Origin: Chrysomallon squamiferum
Lineage: Eukaryota; Animalia; Mollusca
DNA length: 64,000 bases
Assembly: GCA_012295275.1 (NCBI GenBank)
Contig: CM022671.1
Span: 18,228,001 to 18,292,000, forward strand
Reading direction: 5' to 3'
Numbering within the stretch: position 1 is the first letter of the stretch; each line of letters starts with the position of its first letter. Under the pieces are notes generated by a model that was not told the DNA's origin, did no database searches, and saw only the letters and a program-made list of their open reading frames with translations. Below, in pieces: positions 13,335-28,320 of the stretch. The position numbers were made by a program, and so were the translations under genes.

Positions 13335-13960
13335 AGTGAAATGCTCTTTTTGACTGTTGACAAGAGATATTTTTACAATTTTACAAAGATGTTCCCAAAC
13401 AAGACAGCACTTATCTTGTACCTTTGATAAACAAGTCATATAACATTTATAGGAATGAAGACACTGATGACCAGGCAGCTATCTATGGAAAATAGTGCCT
13501 GTGTTATGCATTGAAATTACAATCCTGCCCAAACATCTGACACCCATTTTCAGATAACTTTGTCATAAAATCAGCTCAAACATATCAGTCAAGTCTAATC
13601 AAAAGTGCTCAGTGGTGCCCAGGGCTCCTGCCATACCTATAGTATGCCACTGCCAACAGCTGATTCAACAACTTATCTAAGATCAGTTCACTTTAGGCTT
13701 CACATTCAATGCTGTAACCAAATGAGCAACAGCGCATACAAGCTTAAAAAATGAATAAAAACAAGTTTTCTGCTGTTCCGAAGGAAGTTATGGATATGTT
13801 ATTTAAGTTTGCTTAACATATTCAAAAGCTGTAATTATTTAGCATTTTAGATGTAAGAAAATTCACTGCCATCATAGGGGTTTAGCACCATGCATCATCT
13901 GTATAAACCTTCCCATAAACAGTAAAGCACATACCTTAGTCCTTGGTAATTCACAAGTGT
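13335..13960 (-). mobile_element. Two old SINE core fragments (about 13335-13445 and 13880-13960)
   Basis: TTCCCAAACAAGACAGCACTTATC and TTCCCATAAACAGTAAAGCACATACC resemble each other and the reverse-strand SINE core. Confidence 0.35.
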
Positions 13961-16197
13961 AGGCATGTTCCATATTTAGGTACAAGCTAAACCAACTTCA
14001 GCTTAGGGCCTCAAGAAAATTCCAACCTGGGTTTTATACTAATTTTTAATTTTAATATGTAATCAGTAAGTACATTTATTATATTTTAATTTTTTGGTTC
14101 ACTTTGCTATTAAATAATTAAAAGGTATATATATATGTTTTTAAGTTTTCTGAGACCAGCTGGTGATTTAAAGAAATAAAAAAGGGCCTTACCAGATTTG
14201 AACTCGGCACTGACTGGTGTAGAATGTAGGAATTTGGGAGTAGTGTGGAGATACGATCCTGTGACCAGTATTCCTGATGTCAGTCAGCTACAACAACCAA
14301 CCAACCCACAAACACACACAATACAAACACATGTACATACACACGTATAAATATACTGAATTTATCAGCAAGGGATTCCTTTGATGTCACTTTGGCTATT
14401 TCACTTGTTTGATCCTATCCTTGTATGACTTAACTACAGGCTGAAGGTTTTAATATGATCATTAAATTTCAATGAAACATTTTTTTATTTTTTATTCCTA
14501 AATGTAAAAAAATGTAAATCTATTAACTTTTTTATGATAAAATTCTGAATTTGACTTCAAAACTTTGTTAAGAAACTTTTTAAATTACATGATGTCATTA
14601 GTAATAGGAGGCCAAATGCAATATGAAATAATTAAATTTATGTTAACTAATGCTAATAAAAGAAATATTGTTAGACTTTAAACTACTTTTACCGTTCAGT
14701 TAATGTTCCCCAAATTTCACATCTGACCATATGCTTGACATTCAAATTTCAGTTTTGATAATTTTAGGAAAACAAAAAAGACCATCTTGATGCAAAATTT
14801 AAAATCAGACATGAAATAAAATATTATTTTATGATGCATTAATACCAAATGTCAGTACCCGTTTTAGAAATGTTTTGTTTGTTTTTATTATTGTTCATAA
14901 AGTAATTAACATACCAAAATATTCTGTGGTCATTTCTTGGATAATCAACCATTTTTCACCAAGAAACAAATAGTATTACTACCAACACCATCTTGTATGC
15001 ATTAAGATTAGTTTTGCCCTCACAGTATTAAATCTACAGAACTTCAGCTTTTATATTAATTTTACTTTAAATACTGGTATTAAAATTTTTATACTTTGCG
15101 AATTAGAATCATGTTTCAGTGACTGTAGATTTATGCCATTTTTCCGTGCCCCGATTTTAAAATTATAAAATTTGTAGCATTTTTCAAATTTTCAGGATGT
15201 TTAAGAACCACAGAGAGAGTGCTTTCATCATATATATTTGCAGGTCTGCACGTAAAAGAAAGAAATAAAATCAAGTGCTATGACCCAAAAACATTCCCCT
15301 AAACAATAAAAAATAATAATTAAAAATGAATAAATAAAATAATAATAACAGAAAGAAAAAAAAAGGTACATATTGTTATTTAAAAAGATGAAAATCCTCA
15401 AGCTGCAGAACAATATTAATGTTCACAATGACTTTCAAACACTACAGAATGACAAAATGAAAGATTAATTAATGAAAACAGATAAATTACCACTTAGTCC
15501 ATACTGCCTATTCTTATACTACTGATGGATAAAATCTCATTTATCTGGCTTAACTCTTTGGAAATATTATCATTTTTTATCAAGTCAAGATGTATTGAGG
15601 GAAAAAAAAAATATATATATATAAAACTAAAAAAAGTTTACAGGAAAACGACACTGACATTATCAGACTACAACTGCACTATATTAGAATGTACACAGGA
15701 AATGCTTCACATTATCTTTAATGGTTTTGGAGTGGTGCTCTGTACACACTCCTGGATGTATTCTAAAACATCCCACAAGCTGCCATGCAGAGGTAGCTAT
15801 GTAAAATGGTTAGTTAAGTATAACAGCTGTAATAATTCTTTGTTCCAGATTAATATCAAGCGATTTACCCAAATTAATAACTCGACAGGGACTGAAACTG
15901 AAATGCAGGAGAGATTATTCTCTATTCCTTCCTGCTGCATATTCTGTGTCAAGATAACATCATGGTTACTTAATGGTAACATCCTGGATGACGTGTTTAA
16001 CTACCAGTCACTTACAGTAGGAATGAAGCACCAGAAATTATTCAACAGATTTTTTTTCTAGAATTTAAAAATTAAAAAAACCTGATAGCTTTCTGACACA
16101 AAGTGTTTACCAATGCATCAGTTTTACTAATTACAAATGATTTTCCTTTTTAAATTTACCATATTAAAAGGGAAAATAATATAGAATGGAAATGTTC

Positions 16198-16203
16198 TTT
16201 ATT
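16198..16203 (-). terminator. Candidate polyadenylation signal of ARF1
   Basis: AATAAA on minus strand ~660 nt after the stop; alternatives near 16328 and 16407. Confidence 0.35.
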
Positions 16204-16862
16204 CAAAATAAAATATCACATTCACAATGCAGAACTATAAACAAAAACAACTGAATATTTATATTTTTTAAAACTGGATTGAACAGATAACTAAAAACAT
16301 AAAACAATGAAATGAATTTAAACTGTATTTATTAAATAACTGACAAATAGTAATTTATCCCATCCATTTTTTTCCCTCAGTTTACAATGATTATATGCAG
16401 AAATCTTTATTTTACGTATACAAACATGTACTCAAACATACTTCGATCAATATATAATTCAACATAAAATATTCAAATTTGACAATCATACTTATTAATA
16501 TGTTGATGCTGGCGTGCCCAGAAGATGGAGGAGACAAGCTGATACACAAATAATAAATATTTACAACAAGAGAAAGGGAATTGAAGGAAGAAATTCATTT
16601 AGCATAATGAAAATAAAAACAATGTCCACATTTTATGCAATGTTCACTACAGCAGCATACTATCCTACATGCCGTTTATGTTCCTTGGTAACAGTACATG
16701 AGAAATTTCATTGTGTAAAATAAATACAAATAACTTTAGTTGATTGGTGTTCCAAACATGTGAGGATAACTGTGTGTGAACAAGGAATTAACAGTTCTTG
16801 AGGACAATGTTGCGATTGGTCCCAAAATTCTATCCATAGGATCAAAGACTATCCGTAACATT

Positions 16863-17417
<555 letters not shown>

Positions 17418-17454
17418 TCAGAAATTCGCCAAAGTTGTACTCGTACGCCAACAC

Positions 17455-17500
17455 ACTAAAATGGCGGATGCGGAAAGAAAGTGACGTCACCCAATAATAC
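17455..17500 (-). promoter_or_regulatory. ARF1 core promoter (YY1 motif plus CRE palindrome)
   Basis: AAAATGGCGG 17458-17467 (CCGCCATTTT on the gene strand), GTGACGTCAC 17481-17490 and an adjacent CCAAT, 55-90 bp upstream of the ATG. Confidence 0.7.
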
Positions 17501-18723
17501 TAACTATTCTACAACTATTGTATTCATATATCAACCTAACCTTAATTTAGTATTTCGTAATGGATGAGTCATAAATAAAAGTTATCATAAACAACTGCGG
17601 AGATGAAGAATTTGTTTGATTCAATATTTATACGTTATTTTTAGAAACATTTACGACTGTCAGGAAAGTTAATAAATTATCATGAATATACGACAAAATC
17701 TAATCATTATTATACATTTATGTAAATAAAACGGACTGATGCAAATCTGACATCAGTAAAATAATATTCATACAAAATACCAAAATCAGACATTAAAATA
17801 ACAAACACATCGAACATCTATATTTTATTAATATAAATCGGAACCACATAATTTCACATTAAATATATTTTAATAGACATGATCTCGTCAGAGGCACCAG
17901 TCACAACGTATATTGTGGAAACACTTCTACGCCTTTGTGGATTAAACAAATCCACAATTACATTTTAGTTGATATATTCTGTTATTTAGAGTACAGAAGA
18001 CTATATTTCTCAAACTTTTTTTTTGTTTGTTTCTTCTTTCTTTTTCCATTTAGTGTGTTAAATATATTATTAGTAGAAAAAATTATTACGTAAATATGCA
18101 AACATGCATGTACACCATAACACACGCTTAGCATACATAAAAATAAATAAATAATACAGAATATGTCATATATTGTTATTATATATGTGTGTATGCGTGC
18201 GTGCGTGTGTGTGTGTTTCTAAAGTGAAATAGAAACACTACATTTATATATTTGTTAATTTTATTTTATTTTATTTTATTTTATTTTATTCTGTCCTATT
18301 TATTTATTTTTCATCTTTTTATTTGTTAAATATATGGTAACATTATTGATAAATTTTAAATATCAAAAAAGTAATCTTAATTTGTTTCTTATTTAAAAAG
18401 AATCAAACAAGTAAATAATAAAAAAGAAAAGAATATATATATATATTTCTTTTATGCATATATATATATATGCAAAACCCCATAGACAACAACAAAAAGA
18501 ATCACAACCTGAAAAAAAAAAAAAAACACAAACAACCTTAAATAAAAAAATAAATATAAAATAAATAAAATAAAAATAAAATAAAAAATCAGAATAATTA
18601 AAAATATAATTTTATTTCTTAACAACAGAGTTAATATTTTGTTAATTGCTGTTGCTGTGAATTTAGTTAATGTGTGAACTAATATAATCGTCGTTGTATT
18701 ATTATTATTATTATTATTATTAT

Positions 18724-18757
<34 letters not shown>

Positions 18758-18923
18758 TGTTGTTGTTGTTGTTGATGTTGTTGTAGGTGGTGGTGAAGGT
18801 CAAGTCCTACTGAAATAATTTAATATACCAGGTTAAGTTAAATTTTAAATTATAATTTATAGTTTGTCGTCAGGAGTAATTTATCATCTGTTATTTCTCA
18901 CAAGATAACGTGATGATGATATG

Positions 18924-18994
<71 letters not shown>

Positions 18995-21900
18995 AATAAT
19001 AATTATAATAATAATCATGTGAAAATAACCAGTTCTGCACCTCAATGAGTCTACAGAGGGTGAATATCAATCAAATATACATATATGTATATGCACACAT
19101 ACACGTACACATACCCACAATCTCTTTCTCCTTGTCTATCTTTTCCTCGTGGATTTTTAAAATATTCATTTAATACATATACATTGATATTTTGTTACAG
19201 ACTACCTTAATTCTAATGTTTATTTATTATAAACTCACAAGAATAATCTCTAGAAAAGAAACAATTTTTGAAATGTTTAATTCAAAACAAGCGTATAATC
19301 AACAAATGTTTAACCGAAATAGACATTTAGAGTATATTGCCACACTCATAGAGTTGTCTCCCCATTTAATTTGAGTAACTCTGTCGATGGACACGTTGAA
19401 CATAACTATAGTTTCGTAATTAATACAAGTATTATATTACGTCAATCTTAATATGGCAGATGTAGCAGTATATAATAATACTTTTAATATGCTTTGTTGT
19501 GTTCTTTTCTTGATGAATCGAAGCAGTCTGGTGATTGGAAAAATCAGTTGAAATCCAAGATAATATTTGGCTATAGGAGCAACAACAGATAATAAAAAAA
19601 TAAACAAATAAATAAATAATGAATTAAAAAAAATATAATAAAATAAAATTAAATTAATTAAATGAATATTTATAAAATGTGTTAATTCTAAGAGGTACCT
19701 TAATTTTTATTCGTATATATGTATATATTTGCATATTTGTATTTGTTGTATAGAGATCGAAACTTAGTGTTGTGGTTATTTAAGCGGCTCGTAGCAAATG
19801 TATCGAACAGAATGAGTTGCCATGCCTTCCGTTTACTAAAATCGGGTGGAGGGAAAGAGATCTGTCTGCTGTAAAGAGAAACCAGAAAGTTATTACCACA
19901 ATTACTTTCATTTAAAGAAGAAGAAGAAGAAAAAGGTTTCAACTGTGAATTTACTGGAATTTTTTCTTGGTCAGTTATTTATTATCATTGCTGTTGTTGT
20001 TGTTGTTGTTGTTGTTATTGTTACTACTATTACTACCACCATTAACATTATTAACGTATTATTTATTTGTTTTTTCATTAATTTATTTTTAAAGACAGTT
20101 GAATTTAAAAAATAATAGAGAGAGAGAGACAAACAAATAAAGAAATACAAATAAAATAACAAATAAAGAAAATAAATAAATAATGCTTTATTTATTTATT
20201 TATTCATTTATTTGGAAAAGTAAATTTAGTCGTATGCATGAAAATAAACAACGATAAAAAAAGAAGAAAGAAAAAAGAACAACAACTAAATAATAATGAT
20301 GATGATGATGATGATGATGATGATAATAATAACTCAAATCTTTTGGCTATAATAAGAACCTGTGGATTCATGACCGTATTTCACGTCTCTGGATATCATT
20401 ATACAAGCACAACAACAACAGTAATAAATAAATAATAAGTAAAATAAGAAGTAAAATAGATAAATAAAATAATTTATAACAGTGAGAAATGTAAATAAAA
20501 AACAAACAAATAAACAAAAAACAAACAAAAAAAAACAAACAAACAAACAAACAAACAAACAAACAAATAAATGAAAAAAAAAAAAAAAAAAACAACAACT
20601 AAAAAACGTCACAAAAAAAAAAAACTATCCGTTTGAAATGTTATAGCCATTATTACTAAAAGTATGCTGAGACACCGTTAAACCAAAAACACGCTTGCTT
20701 TTCTTCATCGCCTTCCACACTGACTTCGATTCTCGTCGTTACACTCCCAACACCTGCGTCTTTATCGTAACAGTTAAACGAGAGCGTAAAACAACACGGT
20801 GAAAACATTTACGACTTGTTCTTGTTTGTTTATTGACGAATTCTCTTTCAAAATGAACTTTAAAATAGTTACAGGCCCCCGTCCAGTGGTTTTGTGAAAA
20901 TGTCCGCGATGTTTTTATATGCATGTTACAGGCTTTGTGGAAACTGTCCGTCGACTGAACGCGGAGTTTTTATAACGATTAATAAAATATCTCTTTTATC
21001 TTCTCACAAACGGTTCTGGTATTAAAGATGATATTCTGAGCTGCAGGTATTTGTTTGAGGACTGCAGGACAACGGGGCAGCGATAATCGCGACAACAACG
21101 CCATGAACGACAACAGTAATTTTAATAAAGAAGACATACACCAGAATCGTTAACATCAACAAAACAATTTCCCCTCAAGAAAGAAAAAAAAAAAAGAAGA
21201 AATTAATAGACATAACATACTTCTCCAAAGTTTAATAAATCTGGTTTCGTTACACAGAATAACTTTGGTGATGAGGAAAATGGTTATTATTATATTAATA
21301 ATCATTAAAAATTTACACTTATAAACAAAAAAATATTCTCGCGAACATAAACATAAAATAAATGAAAAAAATTTGTCAAGAAAAAAGGAAACTGGACACA
21401 ATATATTTCAGCATATCTTGATAAACTCTACTGGACATAATTTTAATGATAATAAACATGATGAGAATAAATAAATGATGATAAATAATATTTATGATAA
21501 TGATGATAATAATAATAATAATGATGATGATAATGATAACAACAATACCACCATCAACACCACCACCACTACAACAATAATAATTAAAAAAATAAAAACA
21601 AAAACAACAGACATACATACATACATACACAAAAACAGACATTAAAACATAAACACAGAGACATACACACAAAAAAAGAAAAAAGTAGTAATAAACATAT
21701 CGGCCACCTGTTACATGTAAGATTACGATTTTTCTTTTTCTTTTTTTTCACACCTGTTGTTTCTAGACTACCTGTCGTAGGTCACGCAATTGTGTCAGGT
21801 GAATATATAATTATATTAATGTTGCTATTCACGTGTCGAGAATATTGCTTGCAGCAAGCGAAATAATGAATTCCGTTGTAAATTAACTTATAAAAACATT

Positions 21901-22588
21901 AAACTTGCCTTCAGGTCGTTTCCAAGAATAAACGTTACACAGAGATACGCGTTTTGTTTCAGAAATATAAATCAACTTGAAGAATGACGGCGAGTCAAAG
22001 TATTACACTAAAATATAAACCTGATTCTCCAGACTTTAAAACTTTACATGTGACGTATTTGTTTGTAGTCTTGCTCTATTCAGTGACAGTATTAAATACA
22101 ATTTATGTATATTATGCACGAAGAAAGGCTTAGATATTGTATAATAAATACTTATGTGCATTGCAGTCTTGAAGAAAAGCACAGTAAAGAATACAATACG
22201 CCAAAAATTGTTGATTACAGGTTGATTACAGTATGAATTAGATAGTTTAAAATGATATTTAACACAAATAGTTTATGTTCTGTCCCTGAGATAACAGTTC
22301 CCCCGGGGTATTTCATTTTCAAATATGACTTATCCCGTATTATCCACACGAAGGTGGGGGTGTCATCATTCATCAGGTGACTCACTGCAGCTGCATTTAA
22401 GGTACAGTTTATTAAAATAGTAAAAGGTATACGTTTAATAATAAATGATGATTCATTTTAATGGTGATGAATAATTAAGAAAATAATTTTGATTTTCTTT
22501 CAGTAGTTTATGAGACATAACAAGTAAAAAGGAAGAATGATTTTGAAAATTATTTAAATTCATTTAGTATTTATATGAAATACGAAAG

Positions 22589-22628
<40 letters not shown>

Positions 22629-22839
22629 GGCTTTTTCCTTTTGTCTGTTGTTTCTTCTTATTCTTGCTTCTTACTTTTTCTTTCTTCTTCTTCTTCTTTT
22701 TTTTTTTTTTTGTCAATCATGTTGTCACAAAATGTGAAGTTGTAATTCTGTTCACTTAAATTATGTTATTTTAAAATGTATTAATAGACTTTACTAGACA
22801 TACTGATGAAAGAAGAAGAATAAGAAGAAGAAGAAGACC

Positions 22840-23300
22840 AAGATGGCCGCTGAGGTTAGCCGCTCACAAATCATCTTGCAACTGTATCGGATGTTTTGTC
22901 AAAATACTTTCACAATTACAAATGGTGTGAACATCTGCGTGTGGACGGTTTCCGATGATTTCGGTCCGTCGTTTTTGACCCGTGTCCGAGACAATGCGAA
23001 GAGCAAACAGACGGTGCTCGTTGTGTGTTGTGTAGCGGTGCCACGAGCCCCAGAGGACAGAGTGTCACGTGACAGTCCAATCTACAAAGACGATGGGGCC
23101 AAGAAAACGGAGCGTGCAACAGTGGGCTATTAGTAACCGATTCTCTCCCTCCGAGGTTTTCAGACAAAACATTCTGGAATGTGAGAGTGGAGCAGGTGCG
23201 AGGCAGATGGCGCTTTTGGTCGCGGGTTGATGAAAAGAACGGAGCCTTGGTTTCATTTCACGAGCTTCATACCGATGGTCGCCGAAATTTTCTTTTGAAC
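22840..23300. promoter_or_regulatory. CpG-rich promoter/enhancer-like island with no assigned gene
   Basis: YY1-type AAGATGGCCGC ~22840, palindromic GTCACGTGAC ~23064 with adjacent CCAAT, CTCF-like GAGGCAGATGGCGCT 23200-23214. Confidence 0.45.
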
Positions 23301-24854
23301 CTAACTTAATTTGTTAGTGTTTTCTTATTGCTCGGTATATATAATTATAGTAATTTGTTTGGTTATCGTATGTGTGTGTGTGTGTCTGTCTGTCTAAGTC
23401 TCTGTTTTCATCTCTATCTCTTTATACGAGTTTGTGATATATATTTTAAGGAAGTTTAAAGACGTTAAAAGTTGTGGAATTTAGATGTAAACAATCGCAT
23501 CTTCGTGTTTATAATTTTTTAATTGTGTATTTTATATTTTAACATTTTTTAAAACTCATAATTTAATTGTCATAAAACGTAGAAACAACAAACCAAGTTA
23601 ACTGTTATCTCAGAAGGATTTTTATCGTCTGTATTTGTTAAAGTCACCAATTAGGACTTGTTGTTGGTCGTGCAGAGCACGCGGCGACACGTGACTCCTT
23701 GCACCTGCCGGACACACCTTCTTAAAGCCTGTTGTCTCCCGCAATGAATCGTTTTTGAACTAAAACGATTTCCGCTGTCCACTTTTCTGGATAATTTATT
23801 TCGAAAGCGAGCTCTGTTTGTATCTAGCGGTGAAATCTCTTCACGGATGAACCATTTCAAAGTGGCATCTTACATCCCTCCTATTAAAGAAAACCTATTT
23901 AAAGGGAGATAAATCTAATAAAGACTGATTCATAATAGCATCCTGAACTTTAAAAAACCCACAAAAAACCGCCTAATAATACAAAATATACATAAAGCAT
24001 TCATAAAGACAGTTAAGTCTAACATAAAATGTTATCTAGCAGTAAAAAAATAATCCTACTTTATAAAATATAAAAAATATTTGATCTACGCACAAACAGA
24101 CTGCTAAATAATAACAAGACTTTTAAAGATAATCATTGCAAATTACTAGTAACACATTTTAACCTGGTTTAAGCGCGATATATATATAATTTTAATGTTA
24201 AGCTACTTCTTCAGCTATCATATTTTCAGCCTCGATTTCAAAGTCGAAAAAAAGTTGTCATATTAACTGTCTCTCTAACGATTTGTTTCAACAAAAACAC
24301 CAGTGATAATAATACAATTAAAATAAATAAATAAACAAACAAATAAATAAATACGTAAACAAATTAATCCGAAAATAAATGGATGAATAAATGAATAAAC
24401 AAACAAACAAACAAACAAATAAATGACACAAGACTGTTTAACAGCATCTGCGGCATGATTAAGCTATCAGCCTCAAAATGATATTTGAAAGGATCGCATC
24501 CCCGTGTAACTTCTGTCCAGACGATAACGGGAAGGTTTAAAAACAGAACTTTTCTCTGACCAGTCCTTTAACACAGACCATTATCTTCTTGTAACAAAAA
24601 AAAGAAAAAGACCAGTGGGAACTGGAACGTCTGCAGTTATAAGCCTGCTTTGGACGGTTGACTGATAATAATTTTATTATATAATCCACCTCAGTGATAT
24701 TTATTTCTTGTCATTAAAATAAAATCATTCCCTATGAACAGATCTTTAATTAAAAAAAAAAAAATAAAATAATAATAATAAAAAAAAAAAAAATAAATAA
24801 ACAGAAAAAAAAGAAAAGAAAAAGAGAAAAAAATATCCCAGCCATTACAGTCTG

Positions 24855-25095
24855 CAAGCCTGGGGCTTTGTTGGTATCAGGATCAATCCGGCTTAGTGCG
24901 CTTATTGTTCCATATCCCAGCTGGTTCAACGAGCTGTTTATCAAAGGTTTTATTCTACTGTTTATGAGGAGGTCTGCATAAAAGATCCCTTCCTGCTAAT
25001 CGGTTAGAATAAGCTGGAAACCAGTTTCTTCTCTCGTTAACTGTGGGGTACATAGCTAAACGTTTGTGTGTGTGTGTGGAGTGGTGTGTTTAATA
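24855..25095 (+). mobile_element. Degraded tRNA-derived SINE
   Basis: B-box-like GGATCAATCC, core TGCATAAAAGATCCCTTCCTGCTAATCG and GTTTCTTCTCTC; related fragments recur elsewhere in the window. Family recognised from memory of gastropod SINEs, not by search. Confidence 0.6.
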
Positions 25096-28000
25096 TATAT
25101 AATTATCCACAACAGAATTTTTATTAAGCTAAAATGCCAGAACTCCTCGGCCGTCACGCATTCAGAGTAGTTTAGAGAATCTAAATAATCATTAACTATT
25201 GTTTAGTATTTGCTGTGTCAAACACTCATGTTTACCCATAGCAGTAGTAGTAGTAGTAGTAGTAACAGAAAGGTAGAGTATTCATTTGATAACAGCTATC
25301 CTGTGAATACCTGATTTGATTGCCAAAGGTGTCAGGAGTAAGACTACTTCTGTTTATGAGAGTAATCGTAAAATACTGCTACGAGTGGGTGTTTTGTGAG
25401 TCTGCGTTGTGTAATGTGACAGAGAGTGGAGACTCGCATGTTTAAATAGAAGTTCCAAATTACGTTCAGACACTTTTGTGTTATCGGTTCAAACAGTTAA
25501 GGGTTCTCATGGTGGCAGTTTAATGTGCTGTAGCTGAAGTAGTCTAGGAGGTGTGATACAGAAAGGACAAGAATGCTGGAGAGATATATTCGCAAAATGG
25601 ATTTAATGTAAGTGGAGAATATTAATGTACTAATTATAATTAAGACAGTTATTTCTTACTCGGGTTTTGATTTGTTTGTTGTTTGTTTTCCTCCTTACTG
25701 AAAATAATCTTTCTGTACGTGTGTGTGTCTGTGATTATGTATGTAGGTGTGTATGTGTGTATGTATGTATGTATGTATGTATGTATGTATGTATGTATGT
25801 ATGTACGTACGTACGTACGTATGTATGTATGTATGTATGTATGTATGTATGTATATGTACCTATTTATAATTGTTTTTCATAAAAACCTCAATGAGTGGA
25901 TGGAATGTTATTTTTTACGTTTACGTAATTTGCGTGTCACGAAATGGAGAGTTATAATATAACTTACCTCAAAGCTTTTTTTTTTTTTTTTTTTTTTTTT
26001 CTTGAGCAGATTAAGTATATATTTATATATATATATATATATACAGACACATACACACATATGTTTCCTTCTTTAATTAAAAACACACGACACACATGCA
26101 GATAATTAATTATTTTCAACGTAACTTATCTTCTTGCCGTCAAATGCCGCAGTTCCTTTCTTGCAGGATTTAAAACAGCAAATTATATTTCAGTGTATCT
26201 AATATAATCTGATACCCTTTAATCCACCAGATTGCTTGAAGCTTATAATGGTAAAGAAAATCCAAAGTAATTTTACGTTGACCGTGGAATGCAAAATCTT
26301 ATCTGACGTAGATCTGGTAAAATTTCATGGGGAGAGAGAGCTGGCTGGTAATTTGTACCGCCTCGGGTATGTTTGTGAAAACAGATTCATCTCTGTTTCG
26401 ATAAAAAAATTTTTTATTAAAATGAAATTTTGTGATGAAAAATTATTATATACATATGTGAAAATATTTAAAAAAAAAATAAAATAAAATAAAAGTTTCA
26501 TTTTGCTTATTCCGAAAACATTTTAAATGAAGTGAAACAGATATTTATCATCATGAAGTAAAAATCGAGATTCAGACCCCCCTCTGTATCGGCTCCTTCA
26601 CTGAAACTGTATTTTATTTACTTTCCCGTCGTGGGGGATTTCCCTCACCGAAATCTCAGCCTTTCATTTCTTCCATAAAACTGATTAGGTTAACTTTTAA
26701 TCTTTAGAGAATAAGGTATGTTATTGTTTACTTTAGTTTACGCTTACCTGGATTTGTTAACGTATATTATCAACCTACCTGTGTTTGTCTAAATGAACTT
26801 CTTGCTACCTGGGAGACCCATATCTGTCAGAAAAATGAACTTTCAGTCGGGGTGATGTCGTGATTGCAGTCGTTATCGAGGGTGCCGTACACCGTGTACA
26901 CTCTGCAGGTATGTCGTCGTTGAACCGTGGCGACAGATCGCTGGACTTTCCCTGGCCCCCCGCAGACCGAAATTACCTTTGTTGCCTGTCAGACTGGCAT
27001 ACCTTGCTGACTGAATCGGTGACAGAATGTTGACGAGTTTGTCTTGTTTTGCACATTTCGTGTGCGGCTTTGCGCCACACGTGGACAGAATGCGGTAATT
27101 AAAAGTGATTTGTGTTGAAAACGATTTAAAACCCTGGAATTTGATGGAATGTGTTTTGTTACCTGTTTGCGTGTGTACGTTAGGGTATACGGATATAAGA
27201 GTGTATTTGTATACGTAAATGAAATATATGTGTATGTGTGTGTGTGTGTGTGTGTCTGTCTGTCTGTCTTCTCTATATGTATATATGGATGCATGCATGT
27301 ATCTGTGCGTGTATATGTGTGAGTATATGCATGTCTATAATTATGTCTATATTTCCGTTCATGAGGTGTGTGTGTGTGTGTGTGCGTGCGTGCGTTGTCT
27401 GTATACGTATATAAGAGTGTGTTTGTGTACGTATGTGCCATACATATGTGTATATGTGTATGTGTTGTGTGTGTGTGTGTGAGTGAGTGTGCCTACCTGT
27501 ATGTATGTATGTATGTATGCATCCATTCATGCATGTATGCATGCATGTGTCTCTGCGTGTATATGTGAATATGTATTTCCACACATGGTATGTGTAGGTG
27601 TGTGTGTTTGTGAGGGTCTGTGTGTATCTGTCATATACCCAAGATAATTTTTTTTTTTTTTTTTTTTAAAACCTAAACAGTCGATGTCCACTTGAAACAC
27701 GGCTCGCCCAGCCTAACATCTCAGCCAGTGTCCACAACAAGCGTGCGCGGAACTCCATCACGTCCCTTAATCCACCAGATATTTTCCGTTCAGTGTTTGA
27801 ATAATTCCAAACACTTTGACCACAGTATTTTCACACTGTGACCGCTCGCTTACTCGAAGTGTATTTCGCCTTATATAACACAACCTGCAAGACTATTTTG
27901 TATTAGTCTAAGCCCGTGTGTGTGTGTGTGTATAATCCAAGTCAGTTACACGGTTACTGCATACATAGCCAGCAGTCGATTGATTCTCCGGCCTCGTCGT

Positions 28001-28320
28001 TCTTAGGCTGACATAGGCTGTTTGTTATTTCTGTAACTCTACTCGGAACAGGTAGAGTATTATTATTGTTATTATTGTTATTATTATTGTTATTATTATT
28101 ATTATTATTAGTAGTAGTAGTAGTAGTAGTAGTAGTTGTTGTTGTCGTTGTTGTTGTAGAATTAGTTGTATTAGTAGCGGTATCAGCTTGTAACACGTAG
28201 TGTATTATTCTTATTCTTAGTTCGTAGTAGCTGTAGCAGTATCAGAATATTTGTATTTTTATTATTTGCAATATAAACACCTGAGCAATTTTATCGTTAT
28301 ATTTTGTTTGTATGGACATG

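Noticed and set aside
15525-16061. 178-aa plus-strand ORF convergent with ARF1
   Set aside because: No recognisable motif, includes A-run/TA-repeat translation and has background base composition; more likely ARF1 3' flank or UTR.
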